DNA of 62,757 bases, filler included, from Chiloscyllium plagiosum (Eukaryota), in the NCBI RefSeq assembly GCF_004010195.1. It is 8 parts of one record of this genome, joined end to end, with 100 filler letters (N's around TTAATTAATTAA, not from the genome) between each part and the next. Parts side by side here need not be neighbours in the genome. Positions count along the whole stretch, not along the records: positions 10,837 to 18,084 come from NC_057716.1; positions 18,185 to 22,624 come from NC_057716.1; positions 22,725 to 28,124 come from NC_057716.1; 5 more parts are not named here. One strand, written 5' to 3'. Each line of letters opens with the position of its first letter. The first letter of the stretch is position 1. The notes below the pieces were generated by a model. That model saw only the letters and a list, made by a program, of their open reading frames with translations, was not told the origin of the DNA and searched no databases. Both the position numbers and the translations under genes were made by a program. This document shows positions 11,188 through 23,699 of this stretch, one piece after another.

Positions 11188-11452
11188 GGGGCACGGTGGT
11201 TCCGTGGTTAGCACTGCTGCCTCACAGCACCTGGGACCCAGGTTTGAATCCAGCCTCGATTCCAGTCTATGTGGGTTTTCTCCCACAGTCCAAAGATGTG
11301 CGGGTCAGGGGAACTGGCCATGTTAAATTGCCCGTAGTGCTAGGTACATTAGTTAGGGGAATGGGTCGGGGTGGGGTTACTCTTCGGAGGGTTGGTGTGG
11401 ATCTGTTGGGCTGAGGGGTCTGTTTCCACACTGTCGGGAATCCAATCTAATA
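11188..11452 (+). mobile_element. HE1-type V-SINE
   Basis: A box tggttccgtgg, B box ggtttgaatcc, V-domain ctcccacagtccaaagatgtgc, CR1-like tail. Confidence 0.8.
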
Positions 11453-11816
11453 GAGATGTAGCTCTTGGCATTGTGGGCAGTCTTCACCAACCCCCAACAT
11501 CCTGAGCAGTGCGTGCTGGAAGTTAAAAACAACATAAATCACCTTGTAAAGTTAATTTTTAGGAACAGACTACTTCCAGGAATTCACTTTCTTGCCAATT
11601 TGAACAGTAGCCCGTTCTGCTGCCTGTAAACATTGTCAGGCCGTTCCCATTCTGGGATAAACAGTGAATGGATTCCAAGTCTGCTCAGTGCCCACGTGCC
11701 AACCCTTGCTCCATCCTCACACCCTATCACTCCCTCCATCACACCATGGTCCAGCAGGGGATGAGCCCATTCAGCCCATCATGCCTGCACTGACTCTTTG
11801 AGAGTTCTATCCCCTT

Positions 11817-11937
11817 CAGGGCTACGGGGAGAATGCGGGTAAGTGGAGTTGAAATGCGCATCAGCCATGATTGAATGGCGGAGTGGACTCGATGGGCCGA
11901 ATGGCCTTACTTCCGCTCCTATGTCTTCTGGTCTTAT
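11817..11937 (+). mobile_element. Short young CR1 3' tail
   Basis: Nearly identical to 31262-31382. Confidence 0.75.
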
Positions 11938-12477
11938 AGTTCCACTCCTTTGTATTCATGATCACCATTAGATTCTTAATTCCATCTCCACCATCTGCCA
12001 TGGCTGGATTAAAACCTGGCTCTCTCCAGCAATAGCACCACTAGGCCATTCCTCCTCACCGCCTGCTGTCCCCCTACAGCCCTGCAAAGCTTCTCCTTTT
12101 CAAAAACCGCTCCCCATTTTGATCACTTTGTCTGAATCTCTCTCGACCCTCTCTCTGACTGAAAGGGAAATTCCTCATGCTCTCCACAGACCCTCGCATT
12201 GCAGGTCTCTTTCTGAGCTCTCTAACTGAACGGTGTCAGCCTCGGGCAGCCATTGGCTCACTCAGTGTGGGAGGCGCCTAATCATGGGGCTGAGCCAATG
12301 AGATAATAGACAATAGACAATAGGTGCAGGAGTAGGCCATTCTGCCCTTCGAGATAGAGGTCAGCCTCCAACTGGTGGACAACCTGCACTCCAGAGAAAG
12401 TTACGGTCAGGCAGGTCTACTGCACAGAAAAAGGCCCTTCGGCCCACTGAATCAGCATTGGCCAAAAACCGCCCCCT

Positions 12478-12882
12478 CAGTTTTTTCCCTGGAGTGTTGG
12501 AGGCTGAGGGATGACCTCACAGAGGTTTATAAAATCATGAGAAGCATTGAAAGGGTAAATAGACAAGGTCTTTTTCCCAGTCAAGGGAAGTCCAGAACTG
12601 GAGGGCATAGTTTTAAGGTGAGAAGGGGAAAGATTTGAAAGGGACCCAAGGGGCAACTTTTTCACACAGAAGGTGCTGTGTATATGGAATGAGCTGTCAG
12701 AGGAAGTGGTGGAGGCTGGTACAATTGCTACAGTTAAAAGGCATCTGGATGGGTATATGAATAGGAAGGGTTTGGAGGGATATGGGCCAAATAAGACTCG
12801 ATCAGATTGGGATGTCTGGTTAGCACAGATGAGTTGGACCGAAGGGTCTGTTGCTATGCTGTATGACTTTATGATTCTATAA
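12478..12882 (+). mobile_element. CR1 3' end
   Basis: FSLECWRLRDDLTEVYKIMR; IWNELSEEVVEAGTI. Confidence 0.85.
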
Positions 12883-13399
12883 CAATGCTAACCCCATTTC
12901 CTAGCAGTTGGCCTATAGCCGCATCTGTCTTGGTATGACAAGGGGCACATTGAAATCCTTCTTCAGTGTGGTGAGGGTCCCTGCCTCTCCCACCCTCACA
13001 AGCAGTCAGTTCCAGATTCCCCACCCCCGTCTGGGGAAAAAAGGGTTATCCTCACATCTCCCTAACCCTCCTGCCCCTTCCCTTCAGTCTCTATCCCCTG
13101 GCCATTCATCCCCCTTAATCAGAGTGGCACGTGCCAAGAACAACAAGTCCATTGTTATAGTGCCTCTGGCCTTATTGATTATGCCATGATGCATCATGGG
13201 AGGTCACTTGGCCTGGTGCATTATTTACTCCATTGACCCTCTCCCTCTACCGTTTAATCCCTTAGCCCCTGCGTTTTCACACTGAATTCCTGATATCTAG
13301 TATGGGATGAGCAGATATTATCTCCAATTAAATATTGGGAGACTGCAGCCATTATCTTTTACCCACCATGAAGACCATTATTACTCACTGTTACTATCT

Positions 13400-13660
13400 A
13401 TTACTCACAATCCTGGTACTGGATTTGACCCTGAGGTAAGCTCCTGGCTGCATCTTTGCAGCATTAATGAGACCCGTCCATTCACACCCTCCGTAACATT
13501 GTCTATCTCCAATCCTCTCTCAGCTGATCTGCTACTGAACCCCTCGTTCATGCCTTTGTTACCCCCTTGACTCGGCTATTCTAATACAGTGCTGACTGGC
13601 CTCTCAAACCCTAACCTCTGCCCATTACAGCTCATCCAAACCTGCTCATAACCCACACCA
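13400..13660 (+). mobile_element. L2-type LINE RT C-terminal remnant
   Basis: gttcatgcctttgttacc..tattctaat..ctgactggcctc..cagctcatccaa resembles L2 VHAFVTSRLDYSN.LL.GL..LQLIQN. Confidence 0.55.
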
Positions 13661-13729
13661 AGGTGGCCTGTTATCAGCTGGCAGGGACAGGCTGGGGGGG
13701 ACTGAATGATCAACTGCTGCTCCTGAACT

Positions 13730-14060
13730 TTTCATTTATTCACAGGATGAAGGTGTCACTGGCTAGACAGCATTTATTGCCCATCCCTAATTGCCCAGAG
13801 GCCAGTTAAGAGTCATCCACGTTGCTGTGGGTCTGGAGTCACGTGTAGGCCAGACCAGGTAAGGGTGGCAGTTTCCTTCCCTAAAGGACATTAGTGACCC
13901 AGATGGGTTTTTCCAACAATCGACAATGACGTCATGGCCATCATTAGGCACCAAATTTTATTGAATTTCAATTCCACCATCTGCTGTGGTGGGATTTGAA
14001 CCCAGAATATTATCTGGGTCTCTGGATTAACAGTCCAGCACTGGGGCATTGCTGCCCCTT
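13730..14060 (-). mobile_element. tRNA-derived SINE with LINE-B tail
   Basis: B box rc gggatttgaaccc; tail catttattgcccatccctaattgccc shared with LINE-B. Confidence 0.7.
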
Positions 14061-14249
14061 ATGTTGGTGTGTTAAAAACACGGGGCTTTAAACCTCCTTC
14101 ATTAGACAATCTTTTGCAAATGTGAACTGACACCTCTGAACATAATCACTTGGAGCAGTATCAGTGCATTGCTCAGTGAACATGAACCGAGGCAGTGGGC
14201 ACACAGCTCAGGCACGTGTCCAATCCTGTTTATTTTGTGACTGCAAAGC

Positions 14250-14880
14250 CCCCTGGGATGTGGGGGGTCACTGGCTGGGCCCAGCATTTATTGCCCGTCC
14301 CTAGTTGCCCCTTGAGAAGGTGGGGGTGAGCTGCCTTCTTGAACCGCTGCAGTCCATGTGCACCTTTGCCAACTGCAGGCCTCCCGCTGAGTGGGAGCAT
14401 CTTTGGTGAGATTCTGCAGTGCATCTTGTAGATGGTACACACTGCTGCTACTGAGTGTGGGTGGGGGAGGGAGTGGGGGTTTGTGGGTGTGGTGCCAATC
14501 AAGCGGCTGCTTTGTCCTGGATGGTGCTGAGCTTCTTGAGTGTTGTTGGAGCTGCCCCCATCCAGGGCAAGTGGGGAGTATTCCATCACACTCCGGGCTT
14601 GGGCCTTGCAGATGGTGGACAGGCTTTGGGGAGTCAGGAGGGGAGTTACTCGCTGCAGTATCCCAGCCTCTGACCTGCTCCTGTAGCCACTGTGTTTATG
14701 TGGTGAGTCCAGTTGAGTTTCTGGTCCATGGTAACCCCCCAGGATGTTGATAGTGAGGGATTCAGTGATGGTAAAGCCACTGAATGTCAAAGGGTGATGG
14801 TTAGATTGTCAGTTATTGAAGATGGTGATTAGTTGGCATTTATGTGGCGCAAATGTTATTTGCCACTTGTCAGTCCAAGA
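14250..14880 (-). mobile_element. LINE-B RT C-terminus and 3' end
   Basis: ORF 14230..14790: ITESLTINILG..LLTPQSLSTICKAQARSVMEYSPLA..GLQRFKKAAH. Confidence 0.85.
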
Positions 14881-15074
14881 CTGATTGGGTCGACAATCTC
14901 AGCTTCAGTATCAATGGTGCTGAACATTGGCAAACATCCTGGCATTACAGGCACAATACAAGTCCCAGCTGTTTCGTTGTCAACTCAATACTAAAGCTGT
15001 CAGCTCCTATGCAGTTCAATAACCAGGAGACAGGCAGCTGGGATTCTGATCAGTGTAAAGTCCTACAAGAGATG

Positions 15075-15256
15075 AGCTGAAAAATGTGTTGCTGGAAAAC
15101 AGCAGCAAGTCAGGCAGCATCAAAGGAGCAGGAAAATCGGCTTATGCCCGAAACATCGATTCTCCTGCTCCTTGGATGCTGCCTGACCTGCTGCGCTTTT
15201 CCAGCAACACATTTTTCAGCTCTGATCTCCAGCATCTGCAGTCCTCACTTTCTCCT
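15075..15256. mobile_element. Palindromic mini-PLE (family A) with 14-bp TSD
   Basis: TSD tcctacaagagatg at 15061-15074 and 15253-15266; inverted arms; hammerhead 5' core missing at the junction. Confidence 0.85.
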
Positions 15257-15289
15257 ACAAGAGATGGTAGACATCACAACACCAATGGC

Positions 15290-15989
15290 CACGCTCCTCC
15301 CAACAACCCACCCTCCCATCCTGGCACTTTCCCCTGCCACCGCAGGAACTGTAAAACCTGTGCCCACACCTCCTCCCTCACCTCCATCCAAGGCCCCAAA
15401 GGAGCTTTCCACATCCATCAAAGTTTTACCTGCACATCCACTAATATCATCTATTGTATCCGTTGCTCCCGATGCGGTCTCCTCTACATTGGGGAGACTG
15501 GACGCCTCCTAGCAGAGAGCTTTAGGGAACATCTCCGGGACACCCGCACCAATCAACCAAATCGCCCACTGGCTCAACATTTCAACTCCCCCTCCCACTC
15601 TGCCGAGGACATGGAGGTCCTGGGCCTCCTTCACCGCCGCTCCCTCACCACCAGACGCCTGGAGGAAGAACGCCACCTCACCCCAGCTCCAACCTTCCAG
15701 CTCAGTACTGTCCCCATGACTTGTCCTACCTGTCCATCTCCCTTCCCACCTACCCACTACACCCTTCTCTCGACCTATCACCTCCATCCACACCCCCATT
15801 CACCCACTGGTACTCTTTGCTACCTTCTCCCCAGCTCCACCTCCCCTCCCCCCCATTTATCTCTCCACCTTAGAGGCACTCTGCCTCTATTCATGATGAA
15901 GGGGCTTATGCCCAAAATGTTGATTTTCCTGCTCCTTGGATGCTGAGTGACCTGCTGTGCTTTTCCAGCACCACTCTAATCTAGACTTG
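15290..15989 (+). mobile_element. Neptune-like PLE 3' fragment: Cys linker, GIY-YIG endonuclease and pLTR
   Basis: PGTFPCHRRNCKTC..NIIYCIRCSRCGLLYIGETGR..FREH..LAQHFNSPSH..RRLEEE at 15320-15673; decayed hammerhead 15893-15921; possible TSD caacacca 15277/15990. Confidence 0.9.
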
Positions 15990-16559
15990 CAACACCAGTG
16001 AGGGTTATTGTGAGGTGAGAAGAGATCTTGTGAAGACAGGTTGGCTCTGTGAACCCAGGCTCACTCATTGAATGGATCATTTGCAAAGGCAGCAAACAGC
16101 AGCTGTTCTTGCTGGGAATAGACAGGAAAATGCAAGGATTTGTTTTCCCCTAGAGGGCTGGTGCAATGAGGAGCTTTTAACTTGGCTCTGTTAATGCTCT
16201 CTCACTTCTCAGTAAACAAAGTGAAAATATGCTCTCAATGTTCAGAAAGACAAGTCGTTCTGGCAGGGGTGCAGCAAACCAGGTCATAAAAAATTAAGGG
16301 TTTCTAGGAAATAAGAAACAGAGAAAACAAAACCTAATTAAATGTGAAACAGATTTCCTTGCTCCACTCTCTGAGTCCTCGGTCCCATTTCTCTCACCTC
16401 AGTCAAGGTGCAGAACAGTGTTGAAACAAGCTCTGAATTTGAGGCGTTTGATGGTTTGACAAAGCGCAGATATGATGTGAACCCTGTGGCCCTCACGTAA
16501 AACCAATTTATAAAGAATCAGAGAATCGTGAAGCTCAGAGTTAGACTATGCCATGCTGG

Positions 16560-17150
16560 CTCATTCACAAATCCATGTGATTTACCACAACAGCAAGGCC
16601 AGAAGATTGGCTAAATACTTAGAAACCAGGAAAGGAATAAGCAAGGCATTTATAAAGGGGTAAAAATTGGAGGATGAGAAAAAAAACTAGCAAGAAATAG
16701 GCAAACAGACAATAAGAGTTTCTACTAGCTTGTAAAAGGAATAGAGTAGTTAAAGTGAGTGTTGATACCTTTGAGAAATTATGAATTCCAATTTCTTTGT
16801 CTTTCTATTATGTGTCTGTCTTCATGCTAGGAGACATAGAAACCATCCCAAAATGAGAAGGAAACACAGAGCAGGCAGGGGCTGTGCGAATTGGAAAGAG
16901 AATCATTGATCAATTCTAATCACCACCGCTAAGTAAAGGACAAAGGAACCCAATGGGATTAAAGGTGGATAAGTCCCCTCCCACAGACATCCTGCATCCT
17001 GAGGTTTTTGAAGAAATGCCTCCAGAAATAAGAGATGCATGGTTTGTAAATATCCCAAAATCCAAGGTTTTGGAAAACCTACAGGTGATTGGAAAGTAGT
17101 AACCCTAACTCTTCTACAAAAGGAAAGACACTGAAAACAGGAGAGTACAG
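16560..17150 (+). mobile_element. Old CR1 ORF2 remnant
   Basis: Patches such as ggattaaaggtggataagtcccc (GLKVDKSP) and gattggaaagtag (DWKV). Confidence 0.55.
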
Positions 17151-17169
17151 AACATCTACCTCAATCAGA

Positions 17170-17940
17170 CAGATCCACAGCACAGTACAGGGCCCTTCTG
17201 CCCATTGACTCTGCACCAGTCACAAACCAAACCCCTCCCTATTCTAATCCCATTTCCCAGCCTTGCCTGCCTTGGTATCTCAGGGAACATTGAAATCCCC
17301 CTTCAATGTGGTGAGGGTTCCTGCCTCTCCCACCCGCACAGGCAGTCAGTTCCAGATTCCCACCCACAGGGAAAAAGGGATTCCTCACATCCCCCTAACG
17401 CTCCTGCCCCTTCCCTTAAACCCACATCCTTGGGCATTAATCCCTCCACCAAGGGGAAAGATTCCTTCCTGCCTACCCTTCCTACGCCCCTCATCATTTT
17501 ATCCATCTTCATCATGACCCCCTCAGTCTCCGCTGTTCTCAGGAAAACAACTCGAGTCTGTCCAATCTCTCTCTATACCTGAAGCTCTCCAGCCCTGGCA
17601 ACATCCTGATAAATCTCCCTCTGCCCCCTCTCCTGTGCGACCACATCCCTCCTACAATGTGGGTTCCTGAACCCCACACAATACTCGAGCTGTGGCCTGA
17701 CCAACATTGTATCCAGATCCAGCATCACCTCCTGCTCTTATACTGGATTCAGGTAATAAAGGCAAGTATTCCCTGTGCCTTCTCCACCACTTCATCAACC
17801 TGCCCTGGGATCAGTGGACATGTACACCAAAGTCCCTCTGATCCTAGGGGCTTTTCAGGGCTCTATCATTCATCATGTTTTCCCTTGCCTATTTGTGTTG
17901 TCCAGAAATATCATCTCAAACTAGTCCAGATTAAATTCCA
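17170..17940 (-). mobile_element. CR1 RT and 3' end (decayed)
   Basis: rc of aatactcgagctgtggcctgacc (VRPQLEY); tail cacagcacagtacagggcccttc. Confidence 0.75.
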
Positions 17941-17944
17941 TTTA

Positions 17945-18084
17945 TTTGTATTCATTCGTGGGACATGGGCATCACTGGCTGGGCCCAGTATTTATTACCC
18001 CATCCCTAGTTGCCCCTTGAGAAGGTGAGGGTGAGCTGCCTTCTTGAACCGCTGCAGTCCATGTGCTGTGGGTAGACCCACAAT
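17945..18084 (-). mobile_element. LINE-B 3' end
   Basis: rc matches 3545-3660. Confidence 0.85.
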
Positions 18085-18184
18085 NNNNNNNNNNNNNNNN
18101 NNNNNNNNNNNNNNNNNNNNNNNNNNNNTTAATTAATTAANNNNNNNNNNNNNNNNNNNNNNNNNNNNNNNNNNNNNNNNNNNN

Positions 18185-18424
18185 AGGGTCAGTGCAGAGG
18201 GAGTGCCGCACTGTCAGAGGGTCAGTGCTGAGGGAGTGCCGCACTGTCAGAGGGTCAGTGCAGAGGGAGTGTCGCACTGTCAGAGGGTCAGTACTGAGGG
18301 AGTGTCCACTGTCAGAGGGTCAGTACTGAGGGAGTGCCGCACTGTCGGAGGGTCAGTGCTGAGGGAGTGCCGCACTGTCGGAGGGTCAGTACTGTGGGAG
18401 TGTCGCACTGTCAGGGGGTCAGTG
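18185..18424 (+). repeat. 33-bp minisatellite
   Basis: About 7 units of actgtcagagggtcagtgctgagggagtgccgc. Confidence 0.95.
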
Positions 18425-18593
18425 GAGGCAGATTGAGGTGTGAATTAAACCCAGATGTTATTGTTTCAGGTTGCAGGATCTCTGTTGATTCAATATTTCA
18501 AGACTGGCTTATGATTACGGGTCAGCAGCTGGTCATGGGCAGGAGGTTCCCACAGATCAAACTAAACGCAGCCACATTCCCCCCCTTTTACAG

Positions 18594-18788
18594 GGTAAAA
18601 ACAAGGACTGCAGATGCTGGAAACCAGATTCTGGATTAGAGGGGCTGGAAAAGCACAGCAGTTCAGGCAGCATCCGAGGAGCAGGAAAATTCCTCTATTC
18701 CTGATGAAGGGCATTTGCCCGAAACGTCGGTTTTCCTGCTCCTCAGATGCTGCCTGAACTGCTGTGCTTTTCCAGCCCCTCTAATCCA
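18594..18788. mobile_element. Palindromic mini-PLE (family A variant) with intact hammerhead core
   Basis: attcCTGATGA(18701)agggcatttgcccGAAA(18721)cGTC; tail on the left arm; approximate 14-bp TSD ccccccttttacag/cctcccatttacag. Confidence 0.85.
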
Positions 18789-19170
18789 CCCTCCCATTTA
18801 CAGTCTGGCAGTGATGTGGGCTCTCGTACAAACACTCAGTGATTAAACAGTTGAGTGTATTTGTCAATCACTTTCTCTCCCACCCGCCTTGTTCACCCAG
18901 TGAAATACAACTTGTGTCCCTCCAGTTCGCAAACTGCTTTCCCTCATCCAGCCTCAGCAAGCCACACTGGGATGGGAACCACCCACTGAATCTCACCTTT
19001 AACCCTCGCCCCTTGGAGCACAGCAACCAGTCTCTCCACATTTGCTGGATGTTATCATCACAACTCCCAGCACTGGGTCCACAGCATTGTCTGCTGTGGT
19101 GCTTCAAGTGTCCATCAAAATATTTCCGAATAAGCACCAGATTCCCACAACCTGGGTTAAAAATATTCAT

Positions 19171-19390
19171 GGAGAAAGTGCGGGCTGCAGATGCTGGAGA
19201 TCAGAGCTGAAAATATGTTGCTGGAAAAGCGCAGCAGGTCAGGCAGCATCCAGGGAACAGGAGAATCGACGTTTCGGGCATAAGCCTGAAGAAGAGCTTC
19301 CTGAAGAAGGGCTTATGCCCGAAACGTCGATTCTCCTGCTCCTTGGATGCTGCCTGACCTGCTGCGCTTTTTCAGCAACACATTTTCAGC
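19171..19390. mobile_element. Palindromic mini-PLE (family A) with 17-bp TSD and intact hammerhead core
   Basis: TSD ggtta(a/g)aaatattcatg at 19155-19171 and 19391-19407; CTGAAGA 19301, GAAAC-GTC 19321-19328. Confidence 0.9.
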
Positions 19391-19407
19391 GGTTAGAAAT
19401 ATTCATG

Positions 19408-19732
19408 AAATCTAAAAAGATTATGAGGGGCACAGACAGGGTAAATAGACAGGGTATTTTCCCTGGGGTCGGGGAGTCCAGAACTTGAGGGCATAGGTTT
19501 AGGGTGAGAGGGGAAAGATATAAAAGAGACCTAAGGGGTAATGTTTTCACACAGAGGGTGGTGCGTGTATGGAATGAGCTACCAGAGGAAGTGGTGGAGG
19601 CTGGTACAATTGCATTTAAGAGGCATAGGAAGGGTTTGGAGGGATATGGGCAGGGTGCTGGCAGGTGGGACTAGATTGGGTTGGGATATCTGGTCGGGAT
19701 GGATGATTCAGGCTGTACATCTCTATGACTCT
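19408..19732 (+). mobile_element. CR1 3' end
   Basis: KIMRGTDRVNRQGIFPGVGESRT; tggaatgagctaccagaggaagtgg. Confidence 0.85.
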
Positions 19733-19739
19733 CTAACCC

Positions 19740-20207
19740 GCCTGATCTTTATTTTAAATTATGGCCCTGGTTCCTGGTCCCTTGTACTCAGGGGAAAGGT
19801 TTCACCCTACCTGCCCTACCTCTGCCCCTTTGTAAATATCAGACCTCAGCTTTCTCTGCTTGAAAGAAAACATTCCGAGTTTATCCAGCCTCTCTCCATC
19901 GTTCCATCCCAAACACCGTGCTGGTGAATGTCCCTCTGCACCCCCTCCAGCACAATCACATCCTTCCTATTGTGTGGGGACTAGAACTACACACAGTACT
20001 CCGGCTGTGTATTGTTGTGTACAGCTCAATCACAAAAAAGAAACATCAAACGGTACAGCACAGGGACAGGTCCTTCGGCCCACCATGACTGTGCTGACCA
20101 TGATGCCATTCTAACCCATTCCAATCTGCCTGCATCTGGTCCGTATCCCTCTATCCCCTGTGTCTGTGTCTCTATCTAAATGCCTCTTAAACGTTGTTAT
20201 TGTATCT
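19740..20207 (-). mobile_element. CR1 fragments (RT end and a 3' tail)
   Basis: agaactacacacagtactcc (rc EYCV.F); tail cggtacagcacagggacaggtccttcggccc. Confidence 0.65.
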
Positions 20208-20815
20208 NNNNNNNNNNNNNNNNNNNNNNNNNNNNNNNNNNNNNNNNNNNNNNNNNNNNNNNNNNNNNNNNNNNNNNNNNNNNNNNNNNNNNNNNNNNNN
20301 NNNNNNNNNNNNNNNNNNNNNNNNNNNNNNNNNNNNNNNNNNNNNNNNNNNNNNNNNNNNNNNNNNNNNNNNNNNNNNNNNNNNNNNNNNNNNNNNNNNN
20401 NNNNNNNNNNNNNNNNNNNNNNNNNNNNNNNNNNNNNNNNNNNNNNNNNNNNNNNNNNNNNNNNNNNNNNNNNNNNNNNNNNNNNNNNNNNNNNNNNNNN
20501 NNNNNNNNNNNNNNNNNNNNNNNNNNNNNNNNNNNNNNNNNNNNNNNNNNNNNNNNNNNNNNNNNNNNNNNNNNNNNNNNNNNNNNNNNNNNNNNNNNNN
20601 NNNNNNNNNNNNNNNNNNNNNNNNNNNNNNNNNNNNNNNNNNNNNNNNNNNNNNNNNNNNNNNNNNNNNNNNNNNNNNNNNNNNNNNNNNNNNNNNNNNN
20701 NNNNNNNACTAACATTGTGAGTCAAGATGACTCTTTATCAGAGTAGTTGGGCTTCACTTTGAGGTTGTACAGGATGTTGGAATACTGTGTACAATTCTGC
20801 TCACCCTGTTGGAGG

Positions 20816-21516
20816 TGTTATGAAGAACTCTACCTTTCAGAGAGTTAAAAGCTAGCAGAACTACTGGACAGCACCAAGTATTCTGAACAAAATACAATGT
20901 AACATGTGGTCCAGCAGCTAGGGTAGCTGGTTGCCTGGAGACAAAAACAAATTTAAATTAGGCAAATCAATTCAAATTATTCCCCAAAAAATACAAAACT
21001 CCAATCCAGTTTGAATTGAGGATATTGACAATCTTAAAAGCCAATGACACAACCTGATGCTTTTGGAGTACAAGACCGGGAATAATTGAACAGTTAAGAG
21101 GAGAACTGCCAAGCCACCAGCATGTACAGACTGTCTGAAACCCAGCTCTCTTAAAGGTACCTGTATTGGTCAACAACCTGTGAAACAGAAATCCCACGGA
21201 AGAAGAAAATCTATAGAGAAAGATACCTAGGGACGATTTGATAGCCAGCTGGTTTTGAAATTTGAATTTTTGGGGAATCTTACTCAGGGTTTTATCGGAA
21301 TAATATGATAGAAGGGAAAGTAAAAGATAGGTTAGATGAAGTTGTTGCAAAAGTTGATATTAATTATTGTCTGTTACCCCTACAGAAATAAAGTTGTTAA
21401 ATTTTACCTGAAATAGTTCTTGGCCTCTTGAATTCTCACAGATGACCACACTGGATAAATAATTTCTGGGCTGCTGGTTTAAATTAAGCAGGAGGGGTAA
21501 TCCTGTGTCGGAAACT
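20816..21516 (+). mobile_element. Putative solo LTR inserted in a CR1 fragment
   Basis: Starts TGTTATGA, has CCAAT and AATAAA near the 3' end; flanks rejoin as CR1 (ctcaccctgtt | ggaaggatattg); terminal CA and TSD are not clean. Confidence 0.45.
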
Positions 21517-21537
21517 TGGAAGGATATTGACAGGATA

Positions 21538-22968
21538 TTCTGTCGGAGGGTCAGTGCTGAGGGAGTGCCGCACTGTCAGAGGGTCAGTGCTGAGGGAGTG
21601 CCGCACTGTCAGAGGGTAAGTATTGAGGGAGTGCTGCACTGTCAGAGGGTAAGTGCAGAGGGAGCGCCGCACTGTCAGAGGGTCAGTGCTGAGGGAGTGC
21701 TGCACTGTCAGAGGGTCAGTGCTGAGGCAGTGCCACACTGTCAGATGGTCAGTGCTGAGGGAGTGCCGCACTGTCAGAGGGTCAGTGCTGAGGGAGTGCC
21801 GCACTGTCACAGGGTCAACACTGAGGGAGTGTCTCACTGTTGGAGGGGCAGTACTGAGGGAGTGCTGCACTGTCGGGGGATCAGTACAGAGGGAGTGCCA
21901 CACTGTCAGAGGGTCAGCACTGAGGCAGTGCTGCACTGTCGGAGGGTCAGTACTGAGGGAGTGCCGCACTGTCAGAGGTTAAGTACTGAGGGAGTGCTGC
22001 ACTGTCAGAGGGTACGTATTGAGGGAGTGCCGCACTGTCGGAGGGTCAGTACTGAGGGAGTGCCGCACTATTAGAGAGTAAGTACTGAGGGAGTGCCTCA
22101 TTGTCGGAGGGTCAGTGCTGAGGAAGTGCAGCACTGTCAGAGGGTCAGTGCTGAACGAGTGCCGCACTGTCGGAGGGTCAGTGCTGAGGGAGTGCTGCAC
22201 TGTCGGAGGGTCAATGCTGAGCGAGTGCTGCAGTTTCAGAGGGTCAGTGCTGGAGGAGTGCTGCACTGTCAGAGGTTAAGTACTGAGGGAGTGCTGCACT
22301 GTCAGAGGGTACATATTGAGGGAGTGCTGCACTGTCGGAGGGTCAGTACTGAGGGAGTGCCGCACTATTAGAGAGTCAATGCTGAGGGAGTGCCTCATTG
22401 TCGGAGGGTCAGTGCTGAGGGAATGCCGCACTGTCAGAGGGTCAGTGATGAGGAAGTGCTGCACTGTCAGAGAGTCAGTGCTGAGGGAGTGCCTCATTGT
22501 CGGAGGGTCAGTGCTGAGGGAGTGCCGCACTGTCGGAGGGTCAGTACTGAGGGAGTGCTGCATTGTCAGAGGGTCAGTACTGAGGGTGTGCCACACTGTC
22601 AGAGGGTCAGTGCTGAGGGAGTGCNNNNNNNNNNNNNNNNNNNNNNNNNNNNNNNNNNNNNNNNNNNNTTAATTAATTAANNNNNNNNNNNNNNNNNNNN
22701 NNNNNNNNNNNNNNNNNNNNNNNNACTGTCAGAGGGTCAGTACTGAGGGAGTGCCACACTGTCAGAGGGTCAGTGCTGAGGGAGTGCTGCACTGTCAGAG
22801 GGTCAGTACTGAGGAAGTGCCACACTGTCAGATGGTCAGTGCTGAGGGAGTGCGACACTGTCGGAGGGTCAGTGCTGAGGGAGTGCTGCACTGTCAGAGG
22901 GTCAGTACTGAGGGAGTGCCACACTGTCAGATGGTCAGTGCTGAGGGAGTGCTGCACTGTCAGAGGTA
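21538..22968 (+). repeat. Long 33-bp minisatellite array (spans gap)
   Basis: About 40 diverged units of actgtcagagggtcagtgctgagggagtgccgc. Confidence 0.95.
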
Positions 22969-23265
22969 GAGGCGCCATTTGGTTTTGATATTTAACTGGC
23001 ACTTGTGTTTTCTGGTGAATGTAACAAGTTTCTTTGCTCCAACAGAACAGAGCGGAGGAGGTTCATTGTGCCCATCACACTGTCCAATATCTCTCACCAA
23101 ACCGTGGCCCTCCTCCAGGCTGTGTACCTCTCTATCTCAGTGCTGGTCATGGGAGCTTGCAGTGCAGCAGTTAGCTCTTGCTGGTGTCCACATTAATGTA
23201 ACTGAACATTAAAGTAATTTGTTTGAATGCAATGATGAATGTTCCAAGATGTTTCAGCTGAAATA
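22968..23265 (+). mobile_element. Decayed Deu-domain-type SINE body following the minisatellite
   Basis: gaggcgccattt.. then tgggagcttgcagtgcagcagttagct; similar sequence follows the array at 28380-28640; family assignment from memory. Confidence 0.45.
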
Positions 23266-23319
23266 ATTCAGATGAACAACAGCCTGAGATATTGTGAGAC
23301 ACTTTCCGAGTGTGGTCCC

Positions 23320-23431
23320 TTCAGGCTCTCTGCCTTTATTCCTGATGAATGGCTTTTGCCCAAAACATCGATTTTACTGCTTCTCGGATGCTGCCTGAAC
23401 TGCTGTGCTTTTCCTGCACCACTAATCCAGA
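23320..23431 (+). mobile_element. PLE pLTR end (family A variant), decayed hammerhead, no tail
   Basis: attcCTGATGA(23342)atggcttttgcccAAAAcatc..cactaatccaga. Confidence 0.8.
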
Positions 23432-23699
23432 CAGGAGTGAATCCCAGGCACTGGGTTTGATCAATAACCCAGAGGACAGAGTCTCCAAAACACTCCAGAG
23501 ATACTGCTGGAACAGGAGGCTTCAGGAGAAGCAAGAACAGAAACATACTCCAAGCCATTCGAAGGAACATCAGAGCCTAGAAATGGCTGCTGGGTTTTAC
23601 AGGAATCTGAGCTGACAGGGACCAGGACTCTGTTCCTGGAATATCAACAGGAATAAAATCCAAGGAAGGCTGGACCCAGCTGGAGTAGGTTAAAGATAA

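Noticed and set aside
15086..15946. 286-aa ORF as an intact or domesticated GIY-YIG gene
   Set aside because: Chance read-through from a mini-PLE into a truncated endonuclease, which is deleted after RRLEEE and joined to pLTR; no RT or proper start
16403..16496. Possible exon KVQNSVETSSEFEAFDGLTKRRYDVNPVAL
   Set aside because: Acceptor is plausible but the donor (gtaaaa) is weak and there is no recognisable homology
21484..22988. Cys/His-rich repetitive ORFs (PHCQRVSAEGV)n resembling zinc-finger or keratin-associated proteins
   Set aside because: Translations of a 33-bp minisatellite, open in several frames on both strands
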